From the human T2T-CHM13v2.0 reference genome, Homo sapiens, in NCBI RefSeq assembly GCF_009914755.1, contig NC_060926.1: a stretch of DNA of 64,000 bases; one strand, written 5' to 3'. Made by a program: the position numbers and the translations under genes. The notes beneath the pieces are model-generated. The model was not told the DNA's origin. It did not search any database and saw only the letters and a list, made by a program, of their open reading frames with translations. How positions within the stretch are numbered: the stretch's first letter is position 1; each line of letters opens with the position of its first letter. Below are positions 1-15,596 of this stretch, in pieces.

Positions 1-206
1 GCACCCACCTCTTAACACTCAGCCACTGTATACACATGCACAAGTCTTCAGAGAAAATTCAACCTCAACTTCTTTTCATACACAAAGTCCACTCCGACAA
101 CTCATGTGGGCTGTCTCCGCATTTTTCCCAGCTCCCTACTCGTTTGCAATTATGACATACAGAGACCCCATAAGAAAAAGATGTTATCACATCAAATATA
201 ATTCCT

Positions 207-599
<393 letters not shown>

Positions 600-723
600 T
601 CAAAACGGAGAATCTGAGAACAGCTGAAAGAGCATTTCTTGATTTCTTTTTTCTTTTTTTAATTAAAAATAAAAGAGATCCAAGTAAGGTTTACACATTG
701 CAATTGGTGGATATAACTCCTGG

Positions 724-1023
724 GATTTTTTTTTTCTTTTTGAAACAGGGTCTCACTTTGTAGCCCAGGCTGGAGTGCAGTGACGTGAACACAGCTCACA
801 GCAGCCTTGACCTCCCAGGCTCAAGCAATCCTTCCACCTCAGCCTCCTCAGTAGCTGGGACTACAGACATGCACCACCACACCTGGCTAATTTTTGTCTT
901 TTTTTGTAGAGATGGGGTTTCGCCATGTTGCCCAGGCTGTCTCGAACTACTGGGCTCAAGCGATCAACCTGCCTTGGCCTCCCAAAGTACTGGGATTACA
1001 GGTGTAAGCTACCATACCCAGCC
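724..1023 (-). mobile_element. Alu SINE (AluJ-like)
   Basis: Poly-T followed by reverse-complement Alu consensus. Confidence 0.88.
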
Positions 1024-2039
1024 TTTCTGCTTTCTTTATGATCCCAAAGGATTCAGGTCCATTTTCTGTGTAAAGGCCATAATACATGAGAACAAGCAGA
1101 AAGAAAATGGGGATGGGCACCCTTGTATATGGCTATAGGAAGGAAAGGATCAGCTGGTTCCATTCCACATTTGCAATAAACAAACCAGTTTGATTGGGAG
1201 AGGCATGGAATACTTTCTACCCCTTGCTCTGGGGTACCCTCTCCTTTGTTGATTTAGTTCAGGCAACTTGGAGGAGGGACAGGAAGGGCTAGGGCAAACA
1301 TGTCACAGCCTGCAGTGAATAGAGCCAACAGAAAGGAGAGGCAAAGAACAGAGCTGAGAGGAGAGGAAAAGAGGAGAGGCCTCTCTTCCCATCCCACAAC
1401 CTGGGCTCCATCCAACACAAAGTTAATTCCTAACCTCGGCTTCACCACCCTGCCCACTGCTTGCATGATTTATCCCCCTATCTGCCTGCATCGCCTTTAC
1501 AAGCCTCCCAGCCCTGCAGACCATTATAAAAGCTGTCTGTGCTACTGGCTCGACCTGGCCTGGCCCAGGCTCCTGCCACGGTAACCCTTCTCCACCCCTT
1601 CATTTTACAAGCCTTCCACCATCATGGAAATCTGAAATCCCACGAAAGAACAGTAAACATCGCAGGGAAAAGAAAATACCTAGCCAGGCTACTCTGGACA
1701 GCAGAGTCCCAAACAGACTGATGTCTCTAAGCCAGGGATGAAGGCCTCTAGGCAACAGTGAGCTACCTTCTTGCCTGGACTCACCTGGTCAGTAACAAAG
1801 AGATGCACACACAGATGCCAATTCTTCATGGGGCACAGCCAAGAATCCTGGTGCCCTGGGAGTTCCCAGGCTCAGAGAATCAGCCAGAATGTTGGGGAAA
1901 CGCACAAGTAAACACAGGTGTCAGGTTCAGAGAACCATGTGGAAATGTGAAATTTTAAATAACAGAAAGAGACTAAACATTTTTCAAACCACGAACTCAG
2001 AATCAGATCTGTCGCCTTCTTATGGGCTCCAAAGGGAAG

Positions 2040-2270
2040 TGACATGGTGTAGTGGAAAGAGCATAGGCTTTCAATTCAGCTGACTGGGTCTGAAAGCTGG
2101 CTTCATCACTTATTTATTAGCTGTGCGACTTTGGACAACTCATATTTTCTGAATCTCAGTTTTACTCTGTATCATAGAAAAATACCAACTTGTAAAAAGG
2201 TTGTGAAGATTAACGATAAGATTTATAGCCAGGATGCCTGGCATACAATAGGTACAAAAAGTTGTAGCTA
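2040..2270 (+). mobile_element. MIR SINE fragment
   Basis: Degenerate MIR core (agctgtgcgactttggacaa...ctcagttt...ggttgtgaagattaa). Confidence 0.6.
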
Positions 2271-5200
2271 TTACTGTTATTTGGGATGTTAGACATCCTA
2301 AAATGGGGGTGTGGTAAGGGTGGACAGGTCCTATTCTTTCTCCATGCAAATACAGCCTTTTTAATAGGTTTCCCCTTTATTCTATGCAGTTCCCTTTCTA
2401 CACCAGATTCCACTGTTTGATCTCCTGGCTAGGGAAAGAGCCAAAGATAATTTCCTAGGGGAGTATTCTTTCCTACCCATTGCCATGAGGACCCCTGCCC
2501 CTTCATGACTTTGAACTCACATAACCTAGCTCTACTCCTGGCCCTTCTTACTAGGCCCACATTGGCTTCTTCAGCCTCAGTTTATAAAGGCTCTTCTTTC
2601 TCTTCAGACTCCTCAAGAGAACCTGCCAGCACCCAATGGATTTCATTCTTTTCACGAAATGTTGGGCTGCCCTATTACAACAGACCCTAAGCCAGAAGTG
2701 AGGGTTCATACCTTCCTGAACTAACATAGTGGAGAATGGACACTAAGGAATTCTCCAGTCTCTGGGGGTCCAAAATGCTCTGCCAAGGAGACTGAGTGCT
2801 CCCCAGAGCTCCGTTATTCACTTGGGGGTAGGCAGTGGGAAGATGGAGGGGGAGGGACAGGGAGGGCAGGAAGAGAAGAGAGCCTTGATTCAGGGGGCCA
2901 GACTGAGTCTGCTACAGGCCAGGCTCCGCTGAGGTTTCTCGGGTGAAACACGCCTCTGTGATGGCTGTGTCTGTAAAGCGGATGGAAATGCCCATAAAGC
3001 CGTATCAAACCCTGTGCAGAGAAGGACAGGGATATATATAGAACCAGGAACCAAAGGGGCCACAGGGGATTCAGGCGGACAGCTCCGCCCAGCCCTTAAA
3101 CCCGCCCCAGGGAAGGGGGAGGCCCAAGGAACAAGCTGAAGGAATGAAGGCTGGAGACAGCCCGGCGGGCTTATGAAGGGAGTGGGGAAATTAGGGGCGT
3201 CAGAGACAATGCTGGAAGAGAGCTAATGACTGAGCTGTGGGAATCAATGGCGGCTGGTGGGAGCTGGGGCCCGCTCCAGCACACAGACAGATGCTAAAGG
3301 GCAGACTCTGAGTTTCAGCAGATCCTGGGGGGACTTGAACCATCTGCTTTGGTGTCCCACAGTCTTGACAGTGCTCTGCTTCCTTCTCAGGACCAACAAA
3401 CCTCTAACAAACCACTTTCCCTGTCTTCCTCTGCATCCCAACCAGTACCTGCAGTTTAAATTAGTCGAGGAGCCGATGTTCTCCATGCCTCACTCCCTTA
3501 ACCCCACTCCCAGTCTCCCGGAGAAATAAGAGTTGGGGGCAAGTGAAAAAAAGAAACCTATCTGTAAAGAAGTGTCCTGAAGCAAGAAAAGTATTTCAAG
3601 ATGGAAATCTGTCAAAAGACAGAAACAAATTCACAGAAAAGAAAAAGAGGCTCACAGAATGAGACAATAGTGTAGAAACTATGGCATCTGGTGGAATTGG
3701 CCCTAAAGGAGTCTTGCCAGGGACAGAAAGTGAACTGTCTTCCACTCTGGATTGCTGGGATCCCCCTCTCCCCATCAACCTTCCTGTCAAATCAAGACGT
3801 TAAGGGTAGAGATTCCAGTGATGGGGAGCTAGAAGACATTAAGCCCACAATAATTTCTTACCTGAGCAACAGCCAGGGTAACCAATCCCCCACTCCCCCA
3901 TCCCTATTTCAGAAGAGAATCCCTCCCCCTCACAAACCTGAGTCCTCCCCGCCACCCTGCCCCTGGCCCAGCACAAGTAGGACAATGTTTTGGCGCCACC
4001 TGCTGTCCTTTCATGACAACTGAGTAGAACAGATCTTTGAATTGAGTGGACCTCAAGCTACCTTCCTTAATTCACCATAAATCCTAAAGGAATTTAATCT
4101 AAGAGAAGAGAAACCATAATTTCTATTAAAGAGAGTATTCCTGTGGAGCACACTGGAGAAATCCAGTGCTCCAATCTTCTCCTGTTTCCTTGGACCCTAA
4201 CTAGCCAGAACATTCTCATAGGATTTTTATATCCAGTCCTACAGCTCTTTGTGACGTTCCTTCTCCAAGAGTCTGGCCGATTTGAGAAAGACAAATACTC
4301 AACAAACCCTTTCTCTACTTAATAGAGTCCACATATTTTGAAATTACTATATCACACTGTTTTGGCTTTCTTGGTTTGGCACAGAAATTCGAATTTAGCA
4401 CCGAGAGGACATGATCTAGTGTTTGTCATCAAACACTAATGAACGCAGTATCACCCAAAAAGCAATGACTTAGATATATTATGCTGCTGTACCATTCCTA
4501 TGGTCTTCACTCTGGGCAAACATTCTAATATGTAGTAAGTTCATTGAGCAGTCACTTCATCTCACAAAGATACTTTTTCATTCATTTAACAATTTCTACA
4601 GCCCCTATTATATGCCAGCCACAAACTGGAGGTACAGTGGTGAGTGAGTCACACAAGGTCCATACTCTCAGAAAGGCTACATTCTAGGATCATTTATCTG
4701 ACTCAATAAGGTAGTGTAGCAATTTCTCATTCATCTTAAAGAAAATGTAAGTGAATAGCAAAGATCAAGACAAAAATATAAACAGGCTTTGGAAAAAGGC
4801 AAAATGAAGAAATATAAGAAGAAGGAATCAGAATAGGGGGCAATGAATGAGTATATAAAAAAGTGTTAATATTATTCTTTCTGGCTATGTTTTTTCCCTA
4901 AACCCCATTCCTGGACCTAACTCTAGGAACTGCATGCCAGTGTCCAAGGTCAGCTTCCTCAGACCTCAAGATTTACAGGTCTTTGTAGAAAGAATGAAGA
5001 AGCGGCGATATTTATTCAATACCTAGGATTGCTAGCTTAAATTATATGCAAGTATTTCCCCCAAATGTCAACTTGGGAAATATGTGGGGCTCCATCAAGT
5101 ATACTGCCATTTGTAGAAGAGAGAAAAGTCTCTGATCGGCCCTAGTATGAGCCAATAAATCTAGGGAAATAGAGAGCCACCAAATCTTAGGGCTAGCCAT

Positions 5201-5282
5201 GTCCTCTCCTAACCTCGTCCTCTAATTGTTCCAAGCAGGACTCTACTATACTGATCATTATGTAAAGAATCTTAAAGAAACA

Positions 5283-5635
<353 letters not shown>

Positions 5636-5913
5636 TCAGGTAAAAATTCTCTCTACTTCAACTACATCCTTATAATTCAAGTTTATCCCTTCTTGTACTA
5701 TCTTGAGCAAAATGCAGGAAAGCTATTTACTATCCTATATGTGTTAATTTTCCATATTTAAAAGAATGAACTACCATTCAATCTACTCTCTGAATTAAAT
5801 AATTCCATTGTCCTTGGATTTTTCTTATTTATCCTATGTCCACCTCTTTTATTATTGTTCTGATTTTTTCTATGGGCATTAAGGCCCCCGTGCATCTTTC
5901 ACACGTGACATCA

Positions 5914-6200
<287 letters not shown>

Positions 6201-9200
6201 ATTAAATTAATGAAAATTGTTTAAAAACCTGAAGAGCTCAACTAATGCTAAATACAATAGTAGGGTGGCTTGGGGTTTTCATGCTATTCTTTTAATTATA
6301 GTCTGGAATTATATTCATCTTTTTAAATACCCAAAATATACCAAGAACTATATCGCAACTGGGAGCTCTTACTAGTTAAATCTTTCAAGAAAAAAGGTGG
6401 GGCAATATCTCCCACCTAAGGAGTAGAAGACCACTTTATAAGCAAGAAGTTCTATTCAACAAGAGACTAGACCACAGGGGAACCATCTGACAGCAGGAGC
6501 AGCAGCCACGGCTGGTAAGTAGGGAGCCCAGGAGGGTATTTACAGCCTTGTGGAGGGTTATTCAAGAAGTCACAAAAATTTTACTTTACCTTCCTTAGAT
6601 CCACGCACCTTTCAAGAGCTCCCTGGGGATCTTTCACTAATTTCCCCACCAGGGAATGACTTCCTCATCTGTCCTCACTGAGCACTTCATGTTTGTCTTT
6701 ATTACAGCACTCTTACTTTGGTAAGATAAGTGTGTGTACACCTAGCTATCTCATTTTCTGAGCCATATGCTTCTTGGGGGCAGGAATCATGTTAGTTATC
6801 TCTGTACCCTTGGCACAGTAAGTACTTAAATATGTTAGTTTCCTATCCCCCATAGTACTGGTACAAGAACCTAAACCCAGTGGTATTCAATAAATGCTGG
6901 ATAAGGATGATAACATTAATAACAGCCATTCAGCACAACTCCACTAAGTTGTCAGACCAGTTTAGGATATTGGCATGAAAAATGCTTTTTCTCCTGGCCC
7001 AGACATTTACTCTTAAGATTTGCCTCCTCCTCAATAGACTCCAGGAAATAGGGTTAGTTTTAAGTTCTAGAAACTCTAATCATTCCTGTTTTCTCCAAAC
7101 TAAGGGCCTGAAGGAAGACTGCAGATACCTCATGAATATTGATGAGCCTCTGCGGTCACATGAATATTAACAACACCCTGTGGCTTTCGGGAACAGCAGC
7201 CCAGCTAGAAGGTCTAATATTAACCTTGGCTAGGCCCAAAAAGTAGAAAGCGCATATGCCCATACATCCCCATGGGGAGTAAAGAGTGGATAGCGGAGGC
7301 CAGTTTGGAGCTTGGCCCCTATGCAAACACTGGGCACACAGGCAGTTAAGAAAGAACTAAACATTGTGTCCTACGTCCCTGGCACTGGGGGGCTCTGTTA
7401 GTAGCTACCCAGGCAGGAATCCCCAATTCTCAAGCTTTGGAGAAGTTAGGATGTAGAGGCTAAATCATACTCAATTCAGAAAAACACTGGTAGGGATACA
7501 CTGACCTAGTTCAATAGCTACAGTAGAGGGGTAGGAAAGGTTGACAGTCAGATCACATAGGACAAAAACCAGAATCAAATTACAAGGCTCAATTAGGCAA
7601 CAAAGACATATTTTGTAGATCACACATTAACAGTAAGTAAAGTTCTATAGACTGGAGTTTCCAGCCCCATACCCTCCCATGAGACTAGTGGACACAGAAA
7701 ACAATGACTGAGACTTAAGCGGAAAGCTATTCTACGACTGATGCAGTGAGAGACAGAAGGAGTCAGAATCTTTTTCCACCTACAGATCCTCAACCCAGGA
7801 AACATCAGAAAGAATGATGATCATTATTAAAAACAAACAAAAACAACAAAACAAAAAGTACTGTGAATCAAAGTTAACCAAAGAAACCCATGTACGCCTA
7901 GCCCTGGGTCTAAGTTCAAAATCTACTTCTATGTCACATGACAGAACTATTAAAAGGAAAGGCAGGTTAAGTAACCCCATGCAGTGGCTGGAATTAATGC
8001 TAATAAGATTCCTGCTGTACTCATCCACCAAGACAGACTACATTTAAAACTAGAAAAGTGCGTCTTTACTCCTCTAGCCTGATCCTACTCAAAGGCCTTC
8101 ACCCCTTAGCTCTGCCTGAAAAGCTGATCCGACCCCCTTTACCCACACTCAAGAGGAACAGAGAGGCCTGTAGGCCTAGCCCAAGCTGAGGTGGTGAGAG
8201 GCCACACCTAGGAAGAGGGTGGGGGCTACTCTCAGGCGCTGTGTTCTGTCACACAATTACCATATTATGTAGCTCTAATAAAAAGAAATACTTGAAGTTT
8301 TATTAGTGCCATATAATAAAGTATTTATAGAATCCTGGCGGTGGGGGCAGAGGTAGAGAGAGGGAGAAGGAAATAGGAGGAATCGAAATTGTTAGCAATA
8401 ACCCTAGCAATGGCAGCCCCCAGCATTCGCCACCCTGGGTAAACCTCAAAGACTTCAGCCTGGGACATCAGGCCAGCTGTCATCAACCTAGATCAGCATG
8501 GCTTACTGTTCACTCCCTCTACAACAGTCCGTCTCTGACTTCTTCCTGGTTAACAAAGAAAGAGGTGAGGAACTGGGAGGAGTAGGGAAGAGGAATAAAG
8601 AATTGATATCAGCAAAACTGTGGAGCCTAGGCCTGAAAAGGCTGGGAAGCAGAGGAAAGCGGGCATCAGTTGAAAGAATGAGTGGAATGTAAGCTTTAAA
8701 AGGTTCCATTCTGGAGCTAAATTTGAGTTCTCACCATCCAGCATATCTGACCGTTTTGAAATTTGCCCAAACAGGGTTTTCCATTACTGCACTGGCCCCT
8801 TCTGCACACCTCTCATACACCCACTCCAACCACACTCTCTACTCACCACCACCACCACGAGAGGAGTGCACCCCACACCTACTCCAACCACATGACACAC
8901 ACCCACACCTTCTCCCACACCGCCCCTCCTCACACATGGTCCTCACAGCCACAGTGCACACACATACAACACACTCACCACAGCACACTCCTTCTTAAGG
9001 CTACCAGCTGCCTGCATTTCCTGGGCATCTTCCCAACTTAAGACACATCCTAGATAAAAACATTTTCGGAGTCTACAACACTCTTTAACATTTTAAAATT
9101 TTCTATTACCCAGAAAATCTCCCCAAAGAGAGAGAGAAGTGAGGGCTGTGACATTATTACAGAGAAGACTATAAACAGAACAAATATAGTGCTGCTTTAT

Positions 9201-10929
9201 TACAAGGCAGTGTGGGGTTGGTGGCTGGCTGATTACAGGGCCACTCCCCAGAGCTCTCTGCAGTCCCAGACCTCAATAAAGGCCAGACTTGAGCTGCCTT
9301 CAACTGAGGGGCCCCCTTCAGATTCCAGTCCAGGATGTGCTATCTGCCTTGGTTGAAGATAAGGAGGAAAGCAAACACAATCTAAGAACAACCATGCTTG
9401 GCAAAGAGCCACTTGACCATCTTCTCAAAGGCAAACACAATTAAGATGGTTTGGGTTTCTTGGAATCAATAGATTCCAAACTTTGGAAATTAAAAAAAAA
9501 AAAAACCTAGAGAGATCAAGAACTGATAGACTTAAAAACCCATACACATCATAGATAGTGCAGAGTAAGGGGGAGGAATGGATTAGAGGACAGAAAGAGA
9601 AGCAACGCAGCTTGAGTGACTAAAGCAACCCATATTACGCATAAAATCATAGAAGGAAAGAGTGGGAAATCCACAAGTCCTCTCTTCTGGGCTCTGGGCA
9701 CACAGCGTCCCTTCTTGGGTGACTCACACTGGGATCACCTTCACCCCTGCTTCATGTGGTAAGGGCCTCTTTATAAGGAGACACACCACGAGCCTTCTCC
9801 TCCTCCACCCCTGCGAGCCAGGGCAATTGCGTCACTGACCTCCACACACACTCACTCCCTCCTCTTTCCAGCCGGCCACCACACAAGGGATCTTGTCTTG
9901 TGGTCCCTGCGATCCTTTCATCTGGGCTCCAAACCCACTGTCACCTTGGCCCTGAATCACTCCCCAGGAGACACTGGGAAAACAGAGCTGGACAAAGAGT
10001 GTCTGGGTCCTGTATGGCTAGAATTTACTGATCCCTGCCGGTGAGAGAACCCAGGCTATGCTCTTCTCTGCCCAAAGGCAGGGCACAGGAGTAATTTTTA
10101 ACTTGGCCTTGTGGCCAGCCCTGCCTACAGACTAGGTGTCCACTGATTTGGGTGATACCCAGCCCCCAACAGCTAAAGGATAAAAAGGGCTGAGAGGCAG
10201 TCCTAAAGGTTCTAGCTCCTCTGCCTTACTTGTTCCGTGGCTGAGGAATTGCTAGAGTTGGAAGAGTGCCAGCAAGTATCCCCCCAGTTCTGCTCTCATC
10301 CCACTTGGCTATTCTGTTCTGAGGGTAGCCCCAAGGAAAATATTTTGGCAGCTGAAAATGTCACTGTTTCTTAGATCCTTCTCCAAGATAGAGGATTCCC
10401 TCCAACTGTGTCTTAGCTCATTTCCATGTTTCATGGTCCTAACATTTTTCCTTGACCTTCTGTGTAATGATATTCCACTTTGGGACTTTGCCATTTTTCT
10501 GTAATTTCAGAACCTGTGGTTCAATGGGCAGATTTTAGGATGAGTTACAGGAACGCTATTTACTGAGTTTTCTCCCTTTTCAAATATATTTCATTACAAC
10601 AAAGCCTCTAAGATAGCATGGGATAATGGGGAAAAGCTCTGCACTAGAAAGTCAAAGGACAAGGTTCTGTTTTCTACCTATTACTTGTGCAACTCGAGGC
10701 CGTTCAATTTCTCTGAGCCAACCCATCGTACCTCCTCATCCTTAAGTGGCCCTAGTGGGCTTTCAAAACAAACAAACAAATCCTCAAAATAATAATTATG
10801 TCAATTTGGTCTTCTTTTTATCTGAGTAGGTGATCAATATATTTGTGTTGAACTTTACCCAAGGAAGCCTGCTCATTTTACCAGGCAGTTATGCGAATCA
10901 AATGAAATCAAAAAGGCAAAAGTTCTCTG

Positions 10930-11530
10930 CAGAATTCATAGTAGTACAAACATTTACTGAGTGTTTACAATGGATCAGACAAGTTAAACAAGACATCATA
11001 TCCCTGCCCTTGGGGAACTTACCACCTAGTAGGAGGAGCCAGAAAAACCAGTAATTATAGTACAGTGTTGATATGGCCTACGATAGAGCAAACAGAATAG
11101 CATATAAGAAGGGCAAGTAAACTGAACTCAGAGGGCCAGGGAGAATTCCCTAGAGGAAGTAACATATTCACTGAAATCCAAACAATGAACAGGAGTTACC
11201 CAAGTGAAAAGGTGGAAGGGGGTTTCCAGAGGGAACGGCATGTGCCAAGGACTAGAGGTAACAGAATGACGGGCTCTAGCAACTGATAGCAGTTCACTGT
11301 GGCAGAAGTGTAGATCTAAGAAGCAAGGTGGAGAGTATGGATGGGGTTGGGGAGGAGGGGGTTAGTGTGGCCTAGCAGAAGAGTAGCAGACGAAGCTGAA
11401 GATGTAAGTAGTGGCCAGATCATAAGGGCCTTAATAATCTTTTTAAGAAGTTTGGACTTTATCCTAAGGACAGCAGGAAGCCACTGAACAGTTTTAAGCA
11501 GGGACACATGACCAGATTTACGTTGATCAG
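10930..11530 (-). mobile_element. L2 LINE fragment
   Basis: L2 3'-region-like motifs (aaacatttactgagtg...ggactttatcctaagg...ttttaagcaggg). Confidence 0.55.
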
Positions 11531-12472
11531 CAGGTTCCATTTGGCTTCTTTTACTGATTGTAGATCCCTGGGGCTAGGGAGGTGTCAAAAAGAAAAGAAC
11601 CAGAGGTTCAGACGTGGCCTACTTCTTTTCTTTCCATGGAACCCAGCAGGTTCCCACTCCCTTCCTCATGGGACTCTCCAGTCCTTTAAGTGCTTAGCTT
11701 ACTTTCCAGTCTTCCCTCTCAGTCAGTCCCCTTACTCCTCCCTCTTTCTCTGGCAAAGAAAAACCTTTTATGATGTGGCAAGTCCTTTCCAATCAGCTGT
11801 CCTATTGACCTGGGATATTAGCCTCTTTTCTTGAATATTATCCCCTCACCAGCAACCTCCAAAGAGGGCTGTCAAGTAACCCTGCCAGTAATCCACATTT
11901 CTAATCCAAGGCCCATTTCTTATCTCTTACTTAAATTCCACCAACTCTGCCAATATTTACTTTTCTCCTCAATCCAAGATCTCTCAACCTCTAAAAACAA
12001 TTTGGTGGCCTCCTAACAGAAGACCAAGATATGCTGACCAAACAGGTGATCAATCTGAAAGGCCTCATAAGAAAGACCTTATATCTAGATGATAATGATA
12101 AACTAGCAAATGAACTCTATGAAAACATTCATTCCTTTTCTTTCTTCCTTATCTCCTCTTAAACTGCAGTTTAAGGTTTAGAATCAATCCCATACAGGAA
12201 AATCATCATGGTCATTAATTTTATCTCTTGGCATTACCATTTAACCTTAGAATCAAAGAACCTTGGCACTGGAAAATAAACCTTTAGTCCAATCTTCTAC
12301 CTCAGTGTCAGAGCTCTTTGGTATGACTTGGCAATTGAGATCAGATTGCTTTTTACTGCCTGAAATTTCCTGAGAATTCCTTTTCCTACTCATCCCCACT
12401 GAACAGGTTTAGAGCAAGACCTCTATATCCATTAGGAAATAGCTCAACTCATCAGGTCTTAAGGTTCTAGAA

Positions 12473-12762
12473 CAATGCTATTCAAAGTATGATCAGCAAA
12501 CTGGTGAGTGCTGGTCTGTGAACTCTTTGTAACTAGCCCATGATGCGGTAAGTATAGAAATTGAGTGTAAGCATTTTAAAACTTTTAAAGCAACTTGACA
12601 TTACCAGGACATCAAAACATGTATTCAGAGGACTTATCTCAATGAACAGCGTATCAAACAGTTTGAGTACTATTGAACTTGTATGGTAAGTCACATATGG
12701 TACATGCTGCATACTAGTTAGGCACATTAAGACCATATGTCAGATTACTTTGAAAAGCACTA
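12473..12762. mobile_element. hAT-Charlie type DNA transposon fossil
   Basis: Terminal inverted repeats caatgctattcaaagt / actttgaaaagcacta flanked by an identical 8-bp TSD TTCTAGAA (12465-12472, 12763-12770). Confidence 0.75.
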
Positions 12763-15173
12763 TTCTAGAAAGTTTTCAGAAGGGAAGAGGATAGGTCTGG
12801 TGGTAGGGGGGCTAGCTCTCTTCTTTTTTTCCCCCTTCTGGGTACAATAGATAGTGAATCTGCTACCTCGGATGAGGAACAGGAAGCTGCTCCCACCAAG
12901 CCACTGACTGCATGGGGTGAAGAGGAGGGCAGGAGTTGGCGGCCAGGTTATCAGGCAATAACAAACTCAGCATCCAAGCACGCGACTTCCAGCAATGCAA
13001 GGAGCTTCCTTTGTTTTGGGAAAACAAGAGCTGCAAGAAGCCTCTCCTTGACACGTTCTTGCCCGGCCTCAGGAGAAGCCCAACCACCCCTGACACACAA
13101 ATAGGAGAGTCCTGGCCAATGACCGGCCAGCCAGAATCCTGACCACAACCCCTGTTTGCTTTTCCTTTTCCACCACTTCCTCAGTTCGAGGGCCACTGTG
13201 GGGCCATAGGTAGCTGCCAGCCTAGGTCACCCTTCAAGAACTTCACCCCCAATGACCCAGTACCTAGTCCATACAACTCTTCCAATGCACTTCCTATAGC
13301 CTACTTTCTATCCCCCATATGGTTTGGTCTAAAAGCAAAGGCTTTTGGCCCCTTCCCTAGAGTTGTAGGTAAAATTAAGTCTCGGAATACCACTCTAACA
13401 AAGGCCATGGTATGCTGTACCAAACTAAATCCAAGAAGATCATCATCTAACCAAGTGCCCAAGAAGAACAATATTTGAGGCTTCAATAGAATATTCTGAG
13501 CAACTATTTTTACCTAAACAGACTTACTTGATTGCATTAGATCCTCAACTTCAAGAATCCAGTTATCATCAAGACTAAAATATGTAAAACAGTGCACCTA
13601 TGCATGATGCAGAATGTCAAAACTAAACTTCCAAGGAGTTAGCTAGGAAGTTTAGAACCAAAGACCAAAAATCCAACACCTGGGAGCCTAGTTCTTGGAG
13701 GTATAAACAGAGTAAGAGTCTCAACTCTCAGACTCACATGAAGGTGCCATCTAATCTAAGATGAAAGACTTTGGGACATTTTCTCCAAGAGCTCTGAGAA
13801 GTGGGACTAGCAAGTCCCACCTATGACTTTACTCTGATAAATCAAGAACCTTGGGGACCAGCAAACCTTCCTCCCTCTCTGATTAATCAAGAGAGCTTAC
13901 TCTTTATCCTGACGGTCCAAGAGCCCAAGTTTCTATGAAGACTAATTTGTCCTGTAAGGGGAGGGATGTCGGGGCGGGACTCCCCCCACTCCAGGCCTCC
14001 TTCATGCCAAAGAAGGAGGAAACAGAATAAGCAAAATAAAATTCATAAAGCGAAGCAGTAATTATGGTGTGGTCAACAAGAGGCTGCTCCTCAGGCCCAT
14101 CATTATGTGGCTAAATTTAACGCCCTGCGCGGCCAGGGGAGCCGTGCGCCCCGGGCACCGTGTGTCCACACAGACGCCAGCTCCGCCACCTTCACCCGTT
14201 CGACAGCCGCCAGGGCTGCCAGAAAGCAGGTCACAATTTTTTTTATAGTCTGTTTACCAAGATGCTGTTTTTACTGCCGAGGTTTCTCTCATTTTATCTC
14301 TTTTTCCCTTTTCCCCAAACAGACTAGCCTGTATTTTCTGTCCTGTTTTTTTTTTTCTTTCTCCCTCTCTCAGTTCTATTTTCAGAACTCTAATTTTATA
14401 TGGTATGTCCCTTCTTTTTTTTTTTTTGGTAAATATTTGCCATAACTAAGCCAGGCACATCCAGTTTAAAAGGCTCCGTCCCACAAAACATCAGGCTTTT
14501 AATGATATGCATCTCATTAGCGTGTCCTATGAAAGGGGGTATAGAAAAAAAATGCAACTTACAGACTTTCTCACTTTTTATATCTAGAGAGACCTATATT
14601 TATATATGAGGACAAGCTGAAAACTGACATTCTGAGCCCCAATACAAGGCTAGTACAATGGTCATTTGATTCAGGCTTTGAGACCTCAGAAGCAGTTTCA
14701 GGAGAGAGGGGCTGTAATACTGCTGGTCCTCCCAGGTGGTTCTGACAAGGTAAGTACAGCTAGAACCAGTCCTCAGACCCAGAGGTATTAGGGTTCTCAA
14801 GATCAGAGGAACAAAACTCTGGGAAGTCCTCTTACACAAAATTTCCAAAAACGGCTGTAAGAAAACAGAGCGGTAATAGGGCATCAATATTTCCCTCCTT
14901 CTCTGGCTGATAAGTTAAAGAAAAGAAAGTTATGAGTTACGAGCGCTTGGAGAGATCCTTTCCAAGCTAGAACTTCCACATCTCCCATTTACTGTCCAAA
15001 GGCTTCTCCAGCTGTGCAAAGCCCCAGAATTGAAGGGAAGATTTTTCTGTACATGTTAGGTTGGATGAAATGGGTTGTATGGTTGAGTCCACTTACGGTA
15101 CTGAACAAAAGACACAGCATCAAATAAGCACTCTCCAAATAATAGTCTGTGATGTGCTTTTAAATCCAGTGTG

Positions 15174-15596
<423 letters not shown>

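Noticed and set aside
8723-9041. His/Thr/Pro-rich ORFs
   Set aside because: Produced by a CA-rich low-complexity tract with no splice or homology support
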